The position numbers were made by a program, and so were the translations under genes. From Candidatus Saccharimonadota bacterium (GTDB lineage: Archaea > Nanohalarchaeota > Nanosalinia > Nanosalinales > Nanosalinaceae), in contig NZ_CP180230.1 in assembly GCF_047555085.1 (NCBI RefSeq), positions 1,014,239 to 1,046,238 on the forward strand: a stretch of 32,000 nucleotides of DNA. The letters run 5' to 3'. Shown one piece after another: positions 1 through 10,119 of the stretch. The notes under the pieces were generated by a model. That model was not told the DNA's origin. It worked only from the letters and a program-made list of their open reading frames with translations, and ran no database searches. Every line of letters begins with the position of its first letter. Position 1 is the first letter of the stretch.

Positions 1-143
1 GTTACAGCACTGAAGAAAAAAGCAGTGTAGAAGAGGAAGACATCGATCTTGTAGTCGAGAAGACAGGTGCTTCAAGGGAAGAAGCAGAGCAGGCTCTTGA
101 AGAAAACGACGACGTTGCAGGCGCAGTAATGAGCCTCAACTAG
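1..143 (+). CDS. nac: nascent polypeptide-associated complex (NAC) protein, C-terminal fragment (5' end outside window)
   Basis: Frame 3 reads ...EEDIDLVVEKTGASREEAEQALEENDDVAGAVMSLN* and ends at TAG 141-143. This is the UBA-like C-terminal tail typical of archaeal NAC. Confidence 0.7.
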   Translation, partial: YSTEEKSSVEEEDIDLVVEKTGASREEAEQALEENDDVAGAVMSLN

Positions 144-163
144 TCACCCATCACAGATCCAAA

Positions 164-182
164 TTCTTTTCTTTTCAAAAAT
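164..182. terminator. candidate bidirectional oligo-T terminator between convergent nac and secD
   Basis: There are T4 runs at 167-170 and 172-175 on the + strand. A5 at 177-181 gives T5 on the - strand. The element lies in the 52-nt spacer between two convergent stop codons. Archaeal terminators are oligo-T tracts. Confidence 0.3.
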
Positions 183-195
183 ATTCTGAAGGCCT

Positions 196-1833
196 CTACT
201 TCTCCATATGTTCAAGGATCTTGGAGTATGCAGGCCTTGTGATAGTTATTCCTACAAGGATTCCAAGTATTGTTGTAGTTGCGAACTCTGTAATCTGCTG
301 TAGAGATGAAAGAGGGAATGTTGTAGCGAATGCTCCTACTGTAAGCGCCATTGCTCCTACGGCAATATAGTGCCTTCCAGCGCTGCTTTTGTACTGGCTG
401 TATCCTATCAAGCCTAGTCCTGCTGCTCCCACCATCATTGCAGAGAATCTTGGTGAGAGTATTGGCACCATCGCTCCGATTGTGGAGGCTGCAGAAGTGA
501 ATATAACGAAGAAAGCTGTCTTCATCCTCTGCTTCCAGTCCTTGACTGTTTTCCTGTCGGATTCATCTGTTATAATTATCTGGTCGTCTACTCCCGTACC
601 TACCGCAGCGATTATTCCTGCTATCGCTGAGAGGCTGAGTGTTGCAAAGCTTGTGAACCAAAGGCCTAGAAGTATGAATACCTCTGAAGCACCCGTCAGG
701 ACTATAGGTGCGACAAGCTTTGGATTGCGGTATCTTACAAAGATGAGCACTCCTACAGCGAGCAGTGCTCCGATTATCGATAGAATTGAAGCTGCCATGA
801 ACTGGCCTCCGAGCGAGCTTCCGAGGCTTGATGTGCTGACGATTTCAACAGGCTCTGGAAGCCTTCCGGACTGAAGTAAGGCCTCGATCCTGTTCATTTC
901 CTCTCTGGCAGCTCCTCCAGAATCTCTTGAGATGGTTATACTTGGATTGGTTATTGTGTTTCTCTGGAATTCTTGAGATACTGTGAATCCTGTGATGGCT
1001 TCGCTGTCGATGAATATCGTCAGTTCTGCCGGGCGACCGTTCTTCATCTGAAGGGAACCGCCACCGCTTGCTGAAGGAGACACATCATAATTATTGGCTA
1101 CATCCATCAGTCTCTGGGCGGACGTCTGTGAAACAGTTAGAGGTATCTGCCCCTGATATGTATTCTGTGCTACCTGGCGGACAGCAGACTGTGAAGTCCT
1201 TACATTGAGTATATCTGTGTTATCGTAGATCTGGAACTCCATTCTTGTGTATGAACCGTTCTGACCGGCGTAGTATACTCTTGTGTCCCCGAGCTCCTGA
1301 TGATCTCCCTGTTCCAGAGTCTTATTGTAGTATTCCAGGCCTGAATCTGTGTAACGACCTATACTTACTGTTGAATCATTGTTCTTGACGAAACGGTATG
1401 TATCAGATAAAGTGAAGTTGCCCGAGTCTGAGAAAAGATATGGCATCCGGGCCTCAAACGCTCCTTCTCGGGAGATAAGCTGCTGCAAACGAGTGTTGTT
1501 CTGTTCAGAAGTTGTAACGCTGATTCGATGTCCTGTACCGATGTCTATAGTATTAATAGTGGTTTCTCCGAATCCTATCTCATTTACACGTGTTCTGAGG
1601 ATTGATGCGATGTTCTCAACCAGTTCCTCCGATTGATTCTCGGACTGAACCTTTAGAAGGAGCTGTGAACCTCCAGAAAAGTCTATACCCATGTTATCTT
1701 CAAGGCCTGTGAACTCCAGATTGTAGTTGCCGTTGTTCGATGTGTATGTTGGCTGGAGGCCTGCTACGGAGAAAGCAAGGACTACAAGCAACAGTATTAC
1801 ACGCCATTCCTTGAGCATATTTTTTACGGCCAT
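196..1833 (-). CDS. secD: protein-export membrane protein SecD
   Basis: 545 aa. It has an N-terminal TM helix, a large extracytoplasmic domain and a C-terminal multi-TM block with a SecD/F-type GTGVDDQIIITDE segment. It overlaps the upstream secF by 10 nt. ATG start at 1833. Confidence 0.85.
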   Translation of the reverse strand: MAVKNMLKEWRVILLLVVLAFSVAGLQPTYTSNNGNYNLEFTGLEDNMGIDFSGGSQLLLKVQSENQSEELVENIASILRTRVNEIGFGETTINTIDIGTGHRISVTTSEQNNTRLQQLISREGAFEARMPYLFSDSGNFTLSDTYRFVKNNDSTVSIGRYTDSGLEYYNKTLEQGDHQELGDTRVYYAGQNGSYTRMEFQIYDNTDILNVRTSQSAVRQVAQNTYQGQIPLTVSQTSAQRLMDVANNYDVSPSASGGGSLQMKNGRPAELTIFIDSEAITGFTVSQEFQRNTITNPSITISRDSGGAAREEMNRIEALLQSGRLPEPVEIVSTSSLGSSLGGQFMAASILSIIGALLAVGVLIFVRYRNPKLVAPIVLTGASEVFILLGLWFTSFATLSLSAIAGIIAAVGTGVDDQIIITDESDRKTVKDWKQRMKTAFFVIFTSAASTIGAMVPILSPRFSAMMVGAAGLGLIGYSQYKSSAGRHYIAVGAMALTVGAFATTFPLSSLQQITEFATTTILGILVGITITRPAYSKILEHMEK

Positions 1834-2756
1834 GGGATCACCTCACGAAGATCAGGTACATTGAAGTCTCCTTCAACATACTTTTTCAGTATGAATGCGT
1901 TGCCGAACCAAGTGAACGGCATATCTGCCAGAAGGCCTATCACCATGACTGATGCAACGGCTGAAAGTTCTGAAGGCCCTACAAGAGCCATGGAGATAAA
2001 GTACAGAAGTGTGAAAGCTGCTATACCTCCCGAACTCATAGTTACTCCCGTCTTGACTGAGCTCCAGATCCTGTCACGCAGAGAACCTCTCTTCTGCTTC
2101 AGAACTCTTGAAGACAGAACAATATCGGTATCAACAGAGTATCCGATAAGCATCAGTAACGCCGATAGAGAACCGAGCGTCATCGGAATATCAAGAAGCG
2201 ACATAGCCGCTATAGTAAATATTATATCTGCAGACGCCGCAAGGACGACAGCAAATGCTGGCACAAGATCTCTGAACGAGGTGAAAATCACCAGGCTCAT
2301 GATTGTAAACGCTAGTATAAAAGCCCATACGGCCTGTATGAAAAATGTTTCAGCTACTGCACTGGTGGCAAAGTAGAACTGCTGGACATCGACATTAAAG
2401 TTCTTTATCGAGTTGTTCTCAAGGAAAGATTCGGCTACAGACTCGTTTTCCAGCTGTGGAGGCGGCACTGTAACTCTAAGTATAGGCCCGCTTTCAGTTT
2501 CCTCTCTCAAAGCACTTGTACCAGGCCTTCCCTGAGAGGCAAAAATCTCTTCTATCTGTACCGTATCGAACTCTTCCTGTATATTATATGTTACTTCTGT
2601 TCCTCCCGAAAAGACTACTCCTCTGTCGACAACGTTACCGTTAGCTGCGTACTGGCCTCCTATAACAGCTAGAGACAGCACGAAAAGTAGAACCGGGATG
2701 ATAAACCAGCGATCATAATCCGCATAGATCCTGTTAAAATATTCCTCTACGTTCAC
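1824..2756 (-). CDS. secF: protein-export membrane protein SecF
   Basis: 310 aa. It has an N-terminal TM helix, a loop domain, and a C-terminal TM bundle with a SecF-like GYSVDTDIVLSSRVLKQK motif. The start is GTG at 2756. It is paired with secD. Confidence 0.85.
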   Translation of the reverse strand: MNVEEYFNRIYADYDRWFIIPVLLFVLSLAVIGGQYAANGNVVDRGVVFSGGTEVTYNIQEEFDTVQIEEIFASQGRPGTSALREETESGPILRVTVPPPQLENESVAESFLENNSIKNFNVDVQQFYFATSAVAETFFIQAVWAFILAFTIMSLVIFTSFRDLVPAFAVVLAASADIIFTIAAMSLLDIPMTLGSLSALLMLIGYSVDTDIVLSSRVLKQKRGSLRDRIWSSVKTGVTMSSGGIAAFTLLYFISMALVGPSELSAVASVMVIGLLADMPFTWFGNAFILKKYVEGDFNVPDLREVIPWP

Positions 2757-2881
2757 TAAACGAAATTTTCTCCTGTAAACATTTTAAACTCACCGGAGAT
2801 TTTGAGGCCTCTGAAGAAAAATCTCGGCAAATTATTTTTCCGATGGACTAAAAAATGTGAAGACTAATTTAGCGAATAAGT

Positions 2882-5545
2882 ATGAGTCTGGAGCGATACA
2901 AGGAAAAAGTAAAGGATAATTTTTCAAGAGAAGGCCTCAAAAATAACTGGGCGTTTCTAGCCGTTGCAGCAGTTTTCGGAGTCGCTCTATGGCTCAGATA
3001 TCTTCCTGAACAGGGAATGCAGAATCTTCAGGCCCTGGATCCATACATGATCTTCAGGATGTCCCAGCATCTGGCATACGAAGGAGCTATGCCTGTAGCA
3101 GACTTTATGAGGTACTTCCCTTACAGCGCTCCAACTTACCTACTTAATATAGGAGATATCGTCTTCCCTGCTATACTTTACTGGATGGGGCCTTCGATGA
3201 TTTTCGAGAACTATCTTGAGTGGGCGCAGTTCTATCCTGCTCTTATGGGTGCTCTATCTACTGTTGTAATGTACTTTTTCGGTAAAGAAGTTGCAAACAA
3301 GCGTGTAGGAATTTTCTCAGCCTTTTTCCTAGCTGTAATCCCTGGCGTGATGCGTCGTTCATCCGCAGGATTCTTCGAGAAAGAGCCTATCGGGACGTTC
3401 TTCATGATGCTGACACTGCTCTTCTTCGCAAGAGCATGGAAGCGTGAAAGCTACATTTCGGGAATACTTTCAGGCCTCTCACTTGCATTCTTCACAATCT
3501 CCTGGGGAGGATCCCGGATGCTATGGCTGCTTCTTCCTCTCGTAGTCGGCTCCCTGATATTCATAGACGAGGAAGTCCACGAACTGATCGTTGCTTACAC
3601 GCCGACAGTGCTTGTAGGAGGCGGAGTGGCAGCAGCACTCAACTACAATCGTTACTGGATCACAGGAACACTTTTCGTCGCAAACATCGGCCTCTTGGGC
3701 CTGCTGTGGAGCAGATACCTGATCGAGGAACTTGATCTCGTCAAGGAAAAGAATCTGAAGTACTACGTTCCAACAGTCTCAATAACAGGCCTCATCTTTG
3801 TACTGCTTTCACCACTCTACTCCAACTTCATCGCCTCCAAACTGATGAGCATTATTAACATGGTGACTCAGACGACAGGAGGAGATGTCATCGGAGGAAC
3901 AGTCGCAGAAAACACAGCTCCAGGCCTCTCAAATCTTATAACAAGCCTTGGAGCAGAGACAGCTGGCAGCATCCATCCTGTTCTCGGAACTTTGGCCAGC
4001 ATAGTAGGTTCATGGCCTATGATGATGCTGGGAATAGGATTCATGGGCTCAACAGTTGCTTTCATGCTTCTAAAGAAATACGGCCTTGTAGAAAGCGAGG
4101 TAAGCGACAAGATCTACTTTGCAGGCTTTGAAACAGTTTTCCTATCCTGGATGCTTCTTGTAACAGGCTTCTTTGAGCAACTGCTGATCTTCAGCGCTCT
4201 AGCCGCATTAACAGTTATCGGAATGTTCATAGCGTTCACAAAGTACCTCGACGACGACTACACGTTCAAGCTTGTGACAATGGTGACCGGAACAGGCCTC
4301 GTGCTTGAGATACTGATGCTTTTCTCCGGTGCACAGATAGCGTACACCGTCATCCCTGCAACAGCTCTCGTGCTGGCAGGCCTTGTAGCACTTTACTACA
4401 ACGACAGGCTTGGAAGCAGAGAAATCGAGATGGAGTGGATAATCGTGCTCCCTCTTGCATGGGTGATCACAAATCTGCTGGGATCAGTTGCGAAAAGCAG
4501 GATAATCTTCCTTTCAACCTTTGCAGTGGCATTCGCAGCAGGATACGGCCTCGCCAAGATTATCGGAGGCCTCGAAAACATGGATCTCAACGAAGTGTTC
4601 GAGTTCGAGAACACTGAAAGACTTAAGTACGCTGCAATAGCGATCATACTAATTTTAACTGTTGCAGTGAACTTTTCAGCAGGATTTATCAACGTTCAGA
4701 GTGTTAGCGGATCCCCTAACCAGGCCTGGGATCAGAGCCTGAACTACATGGATGAACAGACTCCTGACGGATCAGTAGTCATGTCCTGGTGGGATTACGG
4801 ATACCATTTCCAGACAATCGGGAGAACTGCCTCTGTAGCGGACGGAGGAAACGCTGGATACTACTCGAACGAAGTTAGAGCAACGAACATGCCTCTGGCT
4901 GATTTCCTGACTTCCGATGATCCTATGAATACTCCAGGCCTTGACAGTTTCCTGGAGCAACATTCCGTGGATTACATACTGCTCGATAATACAATGATCG
5001 GGAAGTACAGTGCAGTGAGCACAATTTCAAACGGAGCAGCCAATCTCCCTAACGAGTCCACAGGAGATCCTAGCTCAATGCTTACACTGTCCACTTCAGC
5101 AAACATACAGGACTCCATAAGCCAGAGCGGAAACACGACAACAGTAACATTCACAAGCTCTAGAGGCCTGCAGATCTATGCACCAGTACAGATCTCCAAC
5201 AACAGCATCTCTCTATCAGATGAACAGGCCCCGACACTACAACAAACGACAGGCAGAGGAACAGTCAGACAGCCTATTGACTGCATACTTACAGAAAACG
5301 GAAAGATAGAGTTCGATGTCGACACCCAGATCCCTTACTGTCTCGCAGAGGATCCTTACTTCAATCTGGAAAGAGGATTCCAGACACGACTACAGGCCCA
5401 GTCAGTGCTTGTACCGAAGGAGATCTCGGACTCCCAGCTTGTAGAGCTTTACATCCAGGATGGAGAACAGCTTGACTACGTTGAAAAAGTAGAAGAGGCC
5501 TCTAACGACTACGTCAAGATGTGGAAAGTGACTAAGACAGAATGA
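2882..5545 (+). CDS. aglB: dolichyl-phosphooligosaccharide-protein glycotransferase, STT3/AglB family
   Basis: 887 aa with about 13 N-terminal TM helices. The catalytic WWDYG motif is encoded at 4787-4801. A DK/MI-type segment LLDNTMIGKY follows downstream, then a soluble C-terminal domain. Confidence 0.9.
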   Translation: MSLERYKEKVKDNFSREGLKNNWAFLAVAAVFGVALWLRYLPEQGMQNLQALDPYMIFRMSQHLAYEGAMPVADFMRYFPYSAPTYLLNIGDIVFPAILYWMGPSMIFENYLEWAQFYPALMGALSTVVMYFFGKEVANKRVGIFSAFFLAVIPGVMRRSSAGFFEKEPIGTFFMMLTLLFFARAWKRESYISGILSGLSLAFFTISWGGSRMLWLLLPLVVGSLIFIDEEVHELIVAYTPTVLVGGGVAAALNYNRYWITGTLFVANIGLLGLLWSRYLIEELDLVKEKNLKYYVPTVSITGLIFVLLSPLYSNFIASKLMSIINMVTQTTGGDVIGGTVAENTAPGLSNLITSLGAETAGSIHPVLGTLASIVGSWPMMMLGIGFMGSTVAFMLLKKYGLVESEVSDKIYFAGFETVFLSWMLLVTGFFEQLLIFSALAALTVIGMFIAFTKYLDDDYTFKLVTMVTGTGLVLEILMLFSGAQIAYTVIPATALVLAGLVALYYNDRLGSREIEMEWIIVLPLAWVITNLLGSVAKSRIIFLSTFAVAFAAGYGLAKIIGGLENMDLNEVFEFENTERLKYAAIAIILILTVAVNFSAGFINVQSVSGSPNQAWDQSLNYMDEQTPDGSVVMSWWDYGYHFQTIGRTASVADGGNAGYYSNEVRATNMPLADFLTSDDPMNTPGLDSFLEQHSVDYILLDNTMIGKYSAVSTISNGAANLPNESTGDPSSMLTLSTSANIQDSISQSGNTTTVTFTSSRGLQIYAPVQISNNSISLSDEQAPTLQQTTGRGTVRQPIDCILTENGKIEFDVDTQIPYCLAEDPYFNLERGFQTRLQAQSVLVPKEISDSQLVELYIQDGEQLDYVEKVEEASNDYVKMWKVTKTE

Positions 5546-6666
5546 TCTTCCTTGCTGTATCCCTGGCACTAGGATTCCTGACGACGTTCGTAGGAACACC
5601 ATATGCCAGGAAATACCTCCTCAGCTCCGGAATATACGGGGTAGATCAGCAAAAGAAGGAAAAGCCAAAACTGGCGACATCCGGAGGAATAAGCGTAGTC
5701 TTCGGATTTATAGTATCGCTTACAGTGTACCTAGGCCTTATATCTTTCTCAAGCGCTCCTGCCTCGAATATAACTCTGATACTCGCTGCCTTAAGCTCTG
5801 TATGCATAATCACGTTGATAGGCCTAGTTGACGACATACACATCAACATAGAGAAGTATGTGCAGGACGAACTTGAGATAGAGGAGTTTGAACTTGATCT
5901 CTCAAATGAAAAAGAAAGTAAAACCCCTTTTGCAAAGATATGGGAACGCATCACAGTATTTGAGGAGAATGAAAGGGAACAGGAAGTACACCGTGAAGGC
6001 CTCAAACAGAACCTGAAAATGCTTTTCGTACTTCCAGCAGCGCTTCCGTTGATCTCCGTAGGAGCCGGCTCATCAGTAATGACTCTTCCAGTAATCGGGA
6101 CAATCGAATGGGGAATCCTTTACCCTCTTCTACTGCTTCCGGTAGGCCTATTGTTCGTATCAAACGTGGTAAACATGCTTGCAGGGACTAACGGGCTCTC
6201 CGGAGGGATGAGCCTCGTAGCTTCATTCTATCTTGGCCTCTTCGCGTACCTTAACGGAGAAACAGCTGCAATGCTGATAGCATGGAGCCTTACAGCATCA
6301 CTGCTTGCTTTCATGTACTACAACTTTTATCCTGCCTCGATACTTCCAGGAGATTCTCTAACATACCTGTGTGGTGCAGCACTTTTCGCAGCGATGGTGA
6401 TAGGAAACATGGAGAAATTCGGCGTATTCCTATTCATCCCATGGATTACAGAGTTCCTTCTGAAACTCAGAAGCGGATTTCAGGCACATTCCTGGGGAAT
6501 ACTTCAAGATGATGGAAGTCTGAGGCCTCAGCACGAGAAAATTTACTCTTTAACTCATCCGCTAATGAATAAAGGCCTGAATGAAAAACAGATAACTGTG
6601 GCTCTAATGAGTGCCGAGATAGTTATAGGTGCTGTTGGTATTTTGCTTTTCTCGGGGATTCTGTAA
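5542..6666 (+). CDS. polyprenyl-phosphate N-acetylhexosamine-1-phosphate transferase (MraY/WecA/AglH family)
   Basis: 374 aa polytopic membrane protein with the family motifs LVDDIH and VVNMLAGTNGLSGG. Its start overlaps the aglB stop (ATGA at 5542-5545). Confidence 0.8.
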   Translation: MIFLAVSLALGFLTTFVGTPYARKYLLSSGIYGVDQQKKEKPKLATSGGISVVFGFIVSLTVYLGLISFSSAPASNITLILAALSSVCIITLIGLVDDIHINIEKYVQDELEIEEFELDLSNEKESKTPFAKIWERITVFEENEREQEVHREGLKQNLKMLFVLPAALPLISVGAGSSVMTLPVIGTIEWGILYPLLLLPVGLLFVSNVVNMLAGTNGLSGGMSLVASFYLGLFAYLNGETAAMLIAWSLTASLLAFMYYNFYPASILPGDSLTYLCGAALFAAMVIGNMEKFGVFLFIPWITEFLLKLRSGFQAHSWGILQDDGSLRPQHEKIYSLTHPLMNKGLNEKQITVALMSAEIVIGAVGILLFSGIL

Positions 6667-6695
6667 AGTTCAAATAGAAGTTTACGGGAAAATGT

Positions 6696-7073
6696 TTATT
6701 CCTCGTCTTCTTCACGCTCTTCCTTGTAAGGATCTTCTACGCGCGTGATATCTCCCGGTACGTAAGGGAACGAGATCTCAAGAATTTTGGCAACTTCGCT
6801 ATCGATATTCTGGATCTGATGCCTTTCATTCGAACGGATAACCATGGCATTGCCCTTTTCAATATCCTTCATATCTTCTTCATGACGGATAACGACGTTA
6901 CCTTCCTCCAGATAAATTATATCGGCCTGACGCTCGTGATAGGCGTAGGAAGTCATCTCATCTGCATCTATAACAAGTCTTCTGATTCCTAGCATACCTG
7001 TCTGGTCGCCGACATCGACCTGAGTCATGAGAACCTGTTCCTCAAATCCCCAGGGCTTGTCAATACGTCCCAT
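6696..7073 (-). CDS. cupin-domain protein (type II phosphomannose-isomerase-like small cupin)
   Basis: 125 aa. It has an N-terminal KPWGFEE motif and a cupin-like H/E pattern (YHERQADIIYLEEG ... NERHQIQN). It lies in the same minus-strand run as the epimerase gene upstream of it. Confidence 0.55.
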   Translation of the reverse strand: MGRIDKPWGFEEQVLMTQVDVGDQTGMLGIRRLVIDADEMTSYAYHERQADIIYLEEGNVVIRHEEDMKDIEKGNAMVIRSNERHQIQNIDSEVAKILEISFPYVPGDITRVEDPYKEEREEDEE

Positions 7074-7098
7074 ACCTACCTTATGGAATTAAAACTTC

Positions 7099-8037
7099 TT
7101 ATACGTGTTTACTGTAGTACTCCACAGTCTTCTCAAGGCCTTCCTCGAAGCTGTAAGAAGGAGACCAGTCCAGAAGACGCTGAGCCTTTGAATTATCCGC
7201 ATTATGCTGATGCACATACTTGTCACGCGGATTTTCAATTCTCTCGGCATCAATATCCGTTCCCAGAGCATCGTTAAGCTTCTCAACAACTTCATTGAAA
7301 GTTACAGGATCACCGCGTCCAACATTGAACACTTCTCCATCAAGCTCATCCTTTCTCTTAGAGGCCTTGATCAAGGCATCCACAACATCTTCAACGAAGA
7401 CGAAGTCTCTCTCCTGAGATCCATCTCCCCATATGACAGGCTGCTCATCATCCATCATCTTCCAGAGGAACTGAGTAACCACGTTAGCATACTTTCCTTT
7501 AGCTCTTTCATGAGGCCCGAAAACAGAGAAAAATCTCAGGCCTGTGGTCTCCATCTGATTATTGTAACTGTAGGCCTCCGCATACTTTTCACGCGACATC
7601 TTCGAAGCAGTATAAAGATTCGAAGGCACAGGATTCTGATCCTCCCTGTGAGGCGGCTCCACGCTTCCATACATCGAAGAAGTGGATGCGTAGACAACTT
7701 TCTCGACTTCTTCATCCTTTGCAGCTTCAACTGTCTTGATGAATCCTTCGATATTTACTCGCGCACCTTCAGCAGGATTTTCTTTGTGCATCGGACTGGA
7801 TGAACGTGCTGCCAGATGGAAAACAGTATCAACTCCCTGCATAGCCTCCTCTACAGTTTCTTCATCGAGTACAGATCCCTGTACAAACTCAATATCATTT
7901 TCAACTTCTGAAAGATTGTTCTCATCCCCAAGATAGAGATCGTCGAGTACAACTACGTCTTTGCCTCTTTCAACAAGTTCTTCTACAAGATTTGAACCGA
8001 TGAATCCTGCTCCACCTGTAACCAGCACTCTTTCCAT
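7099..8037 (-). CDS. NAD-dependent nucleotide-sugar epimerase/dehydratase (extended SDR)
   Basis: 312 aa with a TGGAGFIGSNL Rossmann motif, ASTSSMYG, the catalytic YTASK (Y-x-x-x-K), and LRFFSVFGP. Confidence 0.85.
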   Translation of the reverse strand: MERVLVTGGAGFIGSNLVEELVERGKDVVVLDDLYLGDENNLSEVENDIEFVQGSVLDEETVEEAMQGVDTVFHLAARSSSPMHKENPAEGARVNIEGFIKTVEAAKDEEVEKVVYASTSSMYGSVEPPHREDQNPVPSNLYTASKMSREKYAEAYSYNNQMETTGLRFFSVFGPHERAKGKYANVVTQFLWKMMDDEQPVIWGDGSQERDFVFVEDVVDALIKASKRKDELDGEVFNVGRGDPVTFNEVVEKLNDALGTDIDAERIENPRDKYVHQHNADNSKAQRLLDWSPSYSFEEGLEKTVEYYSKHV

Positions 8038-8071
8038 AGTATAGATTAACCTCTAGCAAAATTTATTAGAT

Positions 8072-9265
8072 TCAGTACTTTTCTACTGCCTCAGATACCG
8101 TGTTTGAGAGTTTTGTCGGATGATCAAACGAGGGATAATCATGTTCAGATGCAAGTTCATGTGCATCAGTACCTTCTACCGGAAGAGGTATCACCGTATC
8201 AGGATTTCTGATATAGTCCGAACTGCCGTTGCCGTGATGTAGCACGTTACGAATATCATCTCCGAAAACCTCGTTACGGGCCTTCATGTAGGCCTTGACT
8301 CCTTTCAGCTTGCCGGAATCAGGATGCCAGTACTCGAATCCTCCATCGGAATGAGACTCGAATCCCCAGTCCGGATTCGCGGATTCTACAGCAGCCTTCA
8401 TTCTTGACTGAAGATAGCTCTCATCCACATCAATATCAGCACGATCCCTGTAGAAAACAATATCTCCTTCATCATCTCTCTCAAATCGGAAGCCTTTGAA
8501 CTGTTCTAGCTCCCGGAAAACCTCTGTCATAAATGCATAGGCCTCTCTAGAATCATCCACTCTTATGGCCCCTTTATCATCAGGATTCTCAGGGCCTCCA
8601 GTTATCTCAACATCATTTACGCTTCTATCATAGGCCTCATCATACTGGAAGCTTTCAAGGCCTTCAAAGTGTTCGCTGTATATATCCTCCGTTGTCTTTC
8701 CCTCATTGACGAATGTAGGATCGTCTCTCGTGCTTCCACGAGAATGATCTGTCGTTCCTTCTGCCTCTACTCTTGTAACTCCTACTCCCCAGGAGAGATT
8801 GTTCTGGAAGTTTCCTTTCCATCCTTCATCCGCAAGAACGCCGTAAATATTCTCCTGAATATCCATGAAGTCGTCCCTGGAGTACTCTACATCAGGGAAG
8901 AAATCCTCGGTATGGAAAACATCTCCGTTTATCTCAAATACCGTACCACGGCCTCCAATAAGATCAATGTTTTTCAGTGCCGGAGCCTCACTCGCCCATT
9001 CGTCCCTCAACTTTCTCTGGTACGGAACAGGCTTCCCGGAATTGAAAGCGACTCTAACACTATCTAGATTCATGAGGCCTTCTATAGCATCGAATATGTG
9101 CCTGTCATAGACTTCTGTAGTCGCTCCTCCATGTTTCAATGTGTCATCGATGTCGAGAGTTACAGCTACTTCTCCTTCATCTTCAAGCATCGAATCTATC
9201 TGGCGAGCTGCCTCCTCATCCAGAGCATCAGGATCAGGATTCTCAGATACTGTTTTCACTGACAC
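8072..9265 (-). CDS. HAD-superfamily (type IIB, Cof/SPP-like) phosphatase-like protein with a very large acidic cap region
   Basis: 397 aa. Motif I is DIDDT, motif II FNSGKP, motif III lysine in SGKLKGVKAYM, and motif IV is degenerate (HHGNGSSD). The start is GTG at 9265. The function is not determinable from sequence alone. Confidence 0.45.
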   Translation of the reverse strand: MSVKTVSENPDPDALDEEAARQIDSMLEDEGEVAVTLDIDDTLKHGGATTEVYDRHIFDAIEGLMNLDSVRVAFNSGKPVPYQRKLRDEWASEAPALKNIDLIGGRGTVFEINGDVFHTEDFFPDVEYSRDDFMDIQENIYGVLADEGWKGNFQNNLSWGVGVTRVEAEGTTDHSRGSTRDDPTFVNEGKTTEDIYSEHFEGLESFQYDEAYDRSVNDVEITGGPENPDDKGAIRVDDSREAYAFMTEVFRELEQFKGFRFERDDEGDIVFYRDRADIDVDESYLQSRMKAAVESANPDWGFESHSDGGFEYWHPDSGKLKGVKAYMKARNEVFGDDIRNVLHHGNGSSDYIRNPDTVIPLPVEGTDAHELASEHDYPSFDHPTKLSNTVSEAVEKY

Positions 9266-9351
9266 TCACCCGAAAAACACACATGGTAATATGATGTATT
9301 ACTTTTTGTTTTTAAATGTGTTTCCATGCGTGCAGAAAGATGCGAGGAAGC

Positions 9352-10095
9352 CTAGTCAAGATCCTTCCATCTTCCGCCGTAGATGTATCCGGAAAGTTCT
9401 CCGTTATCGGCAAGTTTCTCGAATACCTCTTCCAGGGAATTTTCATCAAGTCTGTCGAAAATATCCGGATCAAAAATGTATCTGCCTGCATTGATAAGGC
9501 GTGAGAAAACTTCGCCTTCAGGCTTTTCCTCGAACCCCAGAATCTTTCTGCCTTTCAACTTGGCTACACCGTAACCAGATGGATCTTCAACACTTGTCAG
9601 GGCCATTGTCGATATCGAATCCTCATCCCTGTGAATCTCTACCATCTCCCTGATATCGACATCAGCAATAACGTGTCCGTTGACAGTTACGAAAAGGCCT
9701 GAAATCTCATCAGAAATATTTTCAAGCGCTACAGCCGTTCCTTTAGGCTCGTCCTCGGAAACATACTCGAGTTCCATTCCCTCGAAACGTGAGCCCAGTT
9801 CATCCATCAACTCATCAACATTTTGGCCTGCCAGGAGAAAAACACGTGAAATACCCTGTTCAGATAGATTCTCAAGAACATGCGAAATCACAGGCCTTCC
9901 CCTGTACTCATTCATAGCCTTGTTCTCAGGATCACCGCACAGAACTACAGCCGTGTCAAGGCCTCGTCCCTCAAGATACTCAGTTAAAATTTCCTCAACT
10001 TGCTGAGAACGATTCACGGAATTCTCTTCAGCTTCAGAATCAATTCTTTCAACCAGCTTCTCTTCCAGAGTCAGGGAGACACGCTTCTTCGGCAT
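9352..10095 (-). CDS. ribbon-helix-helix (CopG-like) domain fused to a sugar-1-phosphate nucleotidyltransferase-like domain lacking the G-x-G-T-R loop
   Basis: 247 aa. The N-terminal KKRVSLTLEEKLVERIDSEAEENSVNRSQQVEEILTEYLE shows an RHH pattern. The remainder aligns by eye to the NTP_transferase fold (KGTAVAL, EDPSGYG, GFEEKP, INAGRYIF). The signature LAGGxGTRLxPLT is replaced by LCGD-PENKAM. Confidence 0.7.
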   Translation of the reverse strand: MPKKRVSLTLEEKLVERIDSEAEENSVNRSQQVEEILTEYLEGRGLDTAVVLCGDPENKAMNEYRGRPVISHVLENLSEQGISRVFLLAGQNVDELMDELGSRFEGMELEYVSEDEPKGTAVALENISDEISGLFVTVNGHVIADVDIREMVEIHRDEDSISTMALTSVEDPSGYGVAKLKGRKILGFEEKPEGEVFSRLINAGRYIFDPDIFDRLDENSLEEVFEKLADNGELSGYIYGGRWKDLD

Positions 10096-10119
10096 AATAC
10101 AGAGTGTTACCTCTACGTT

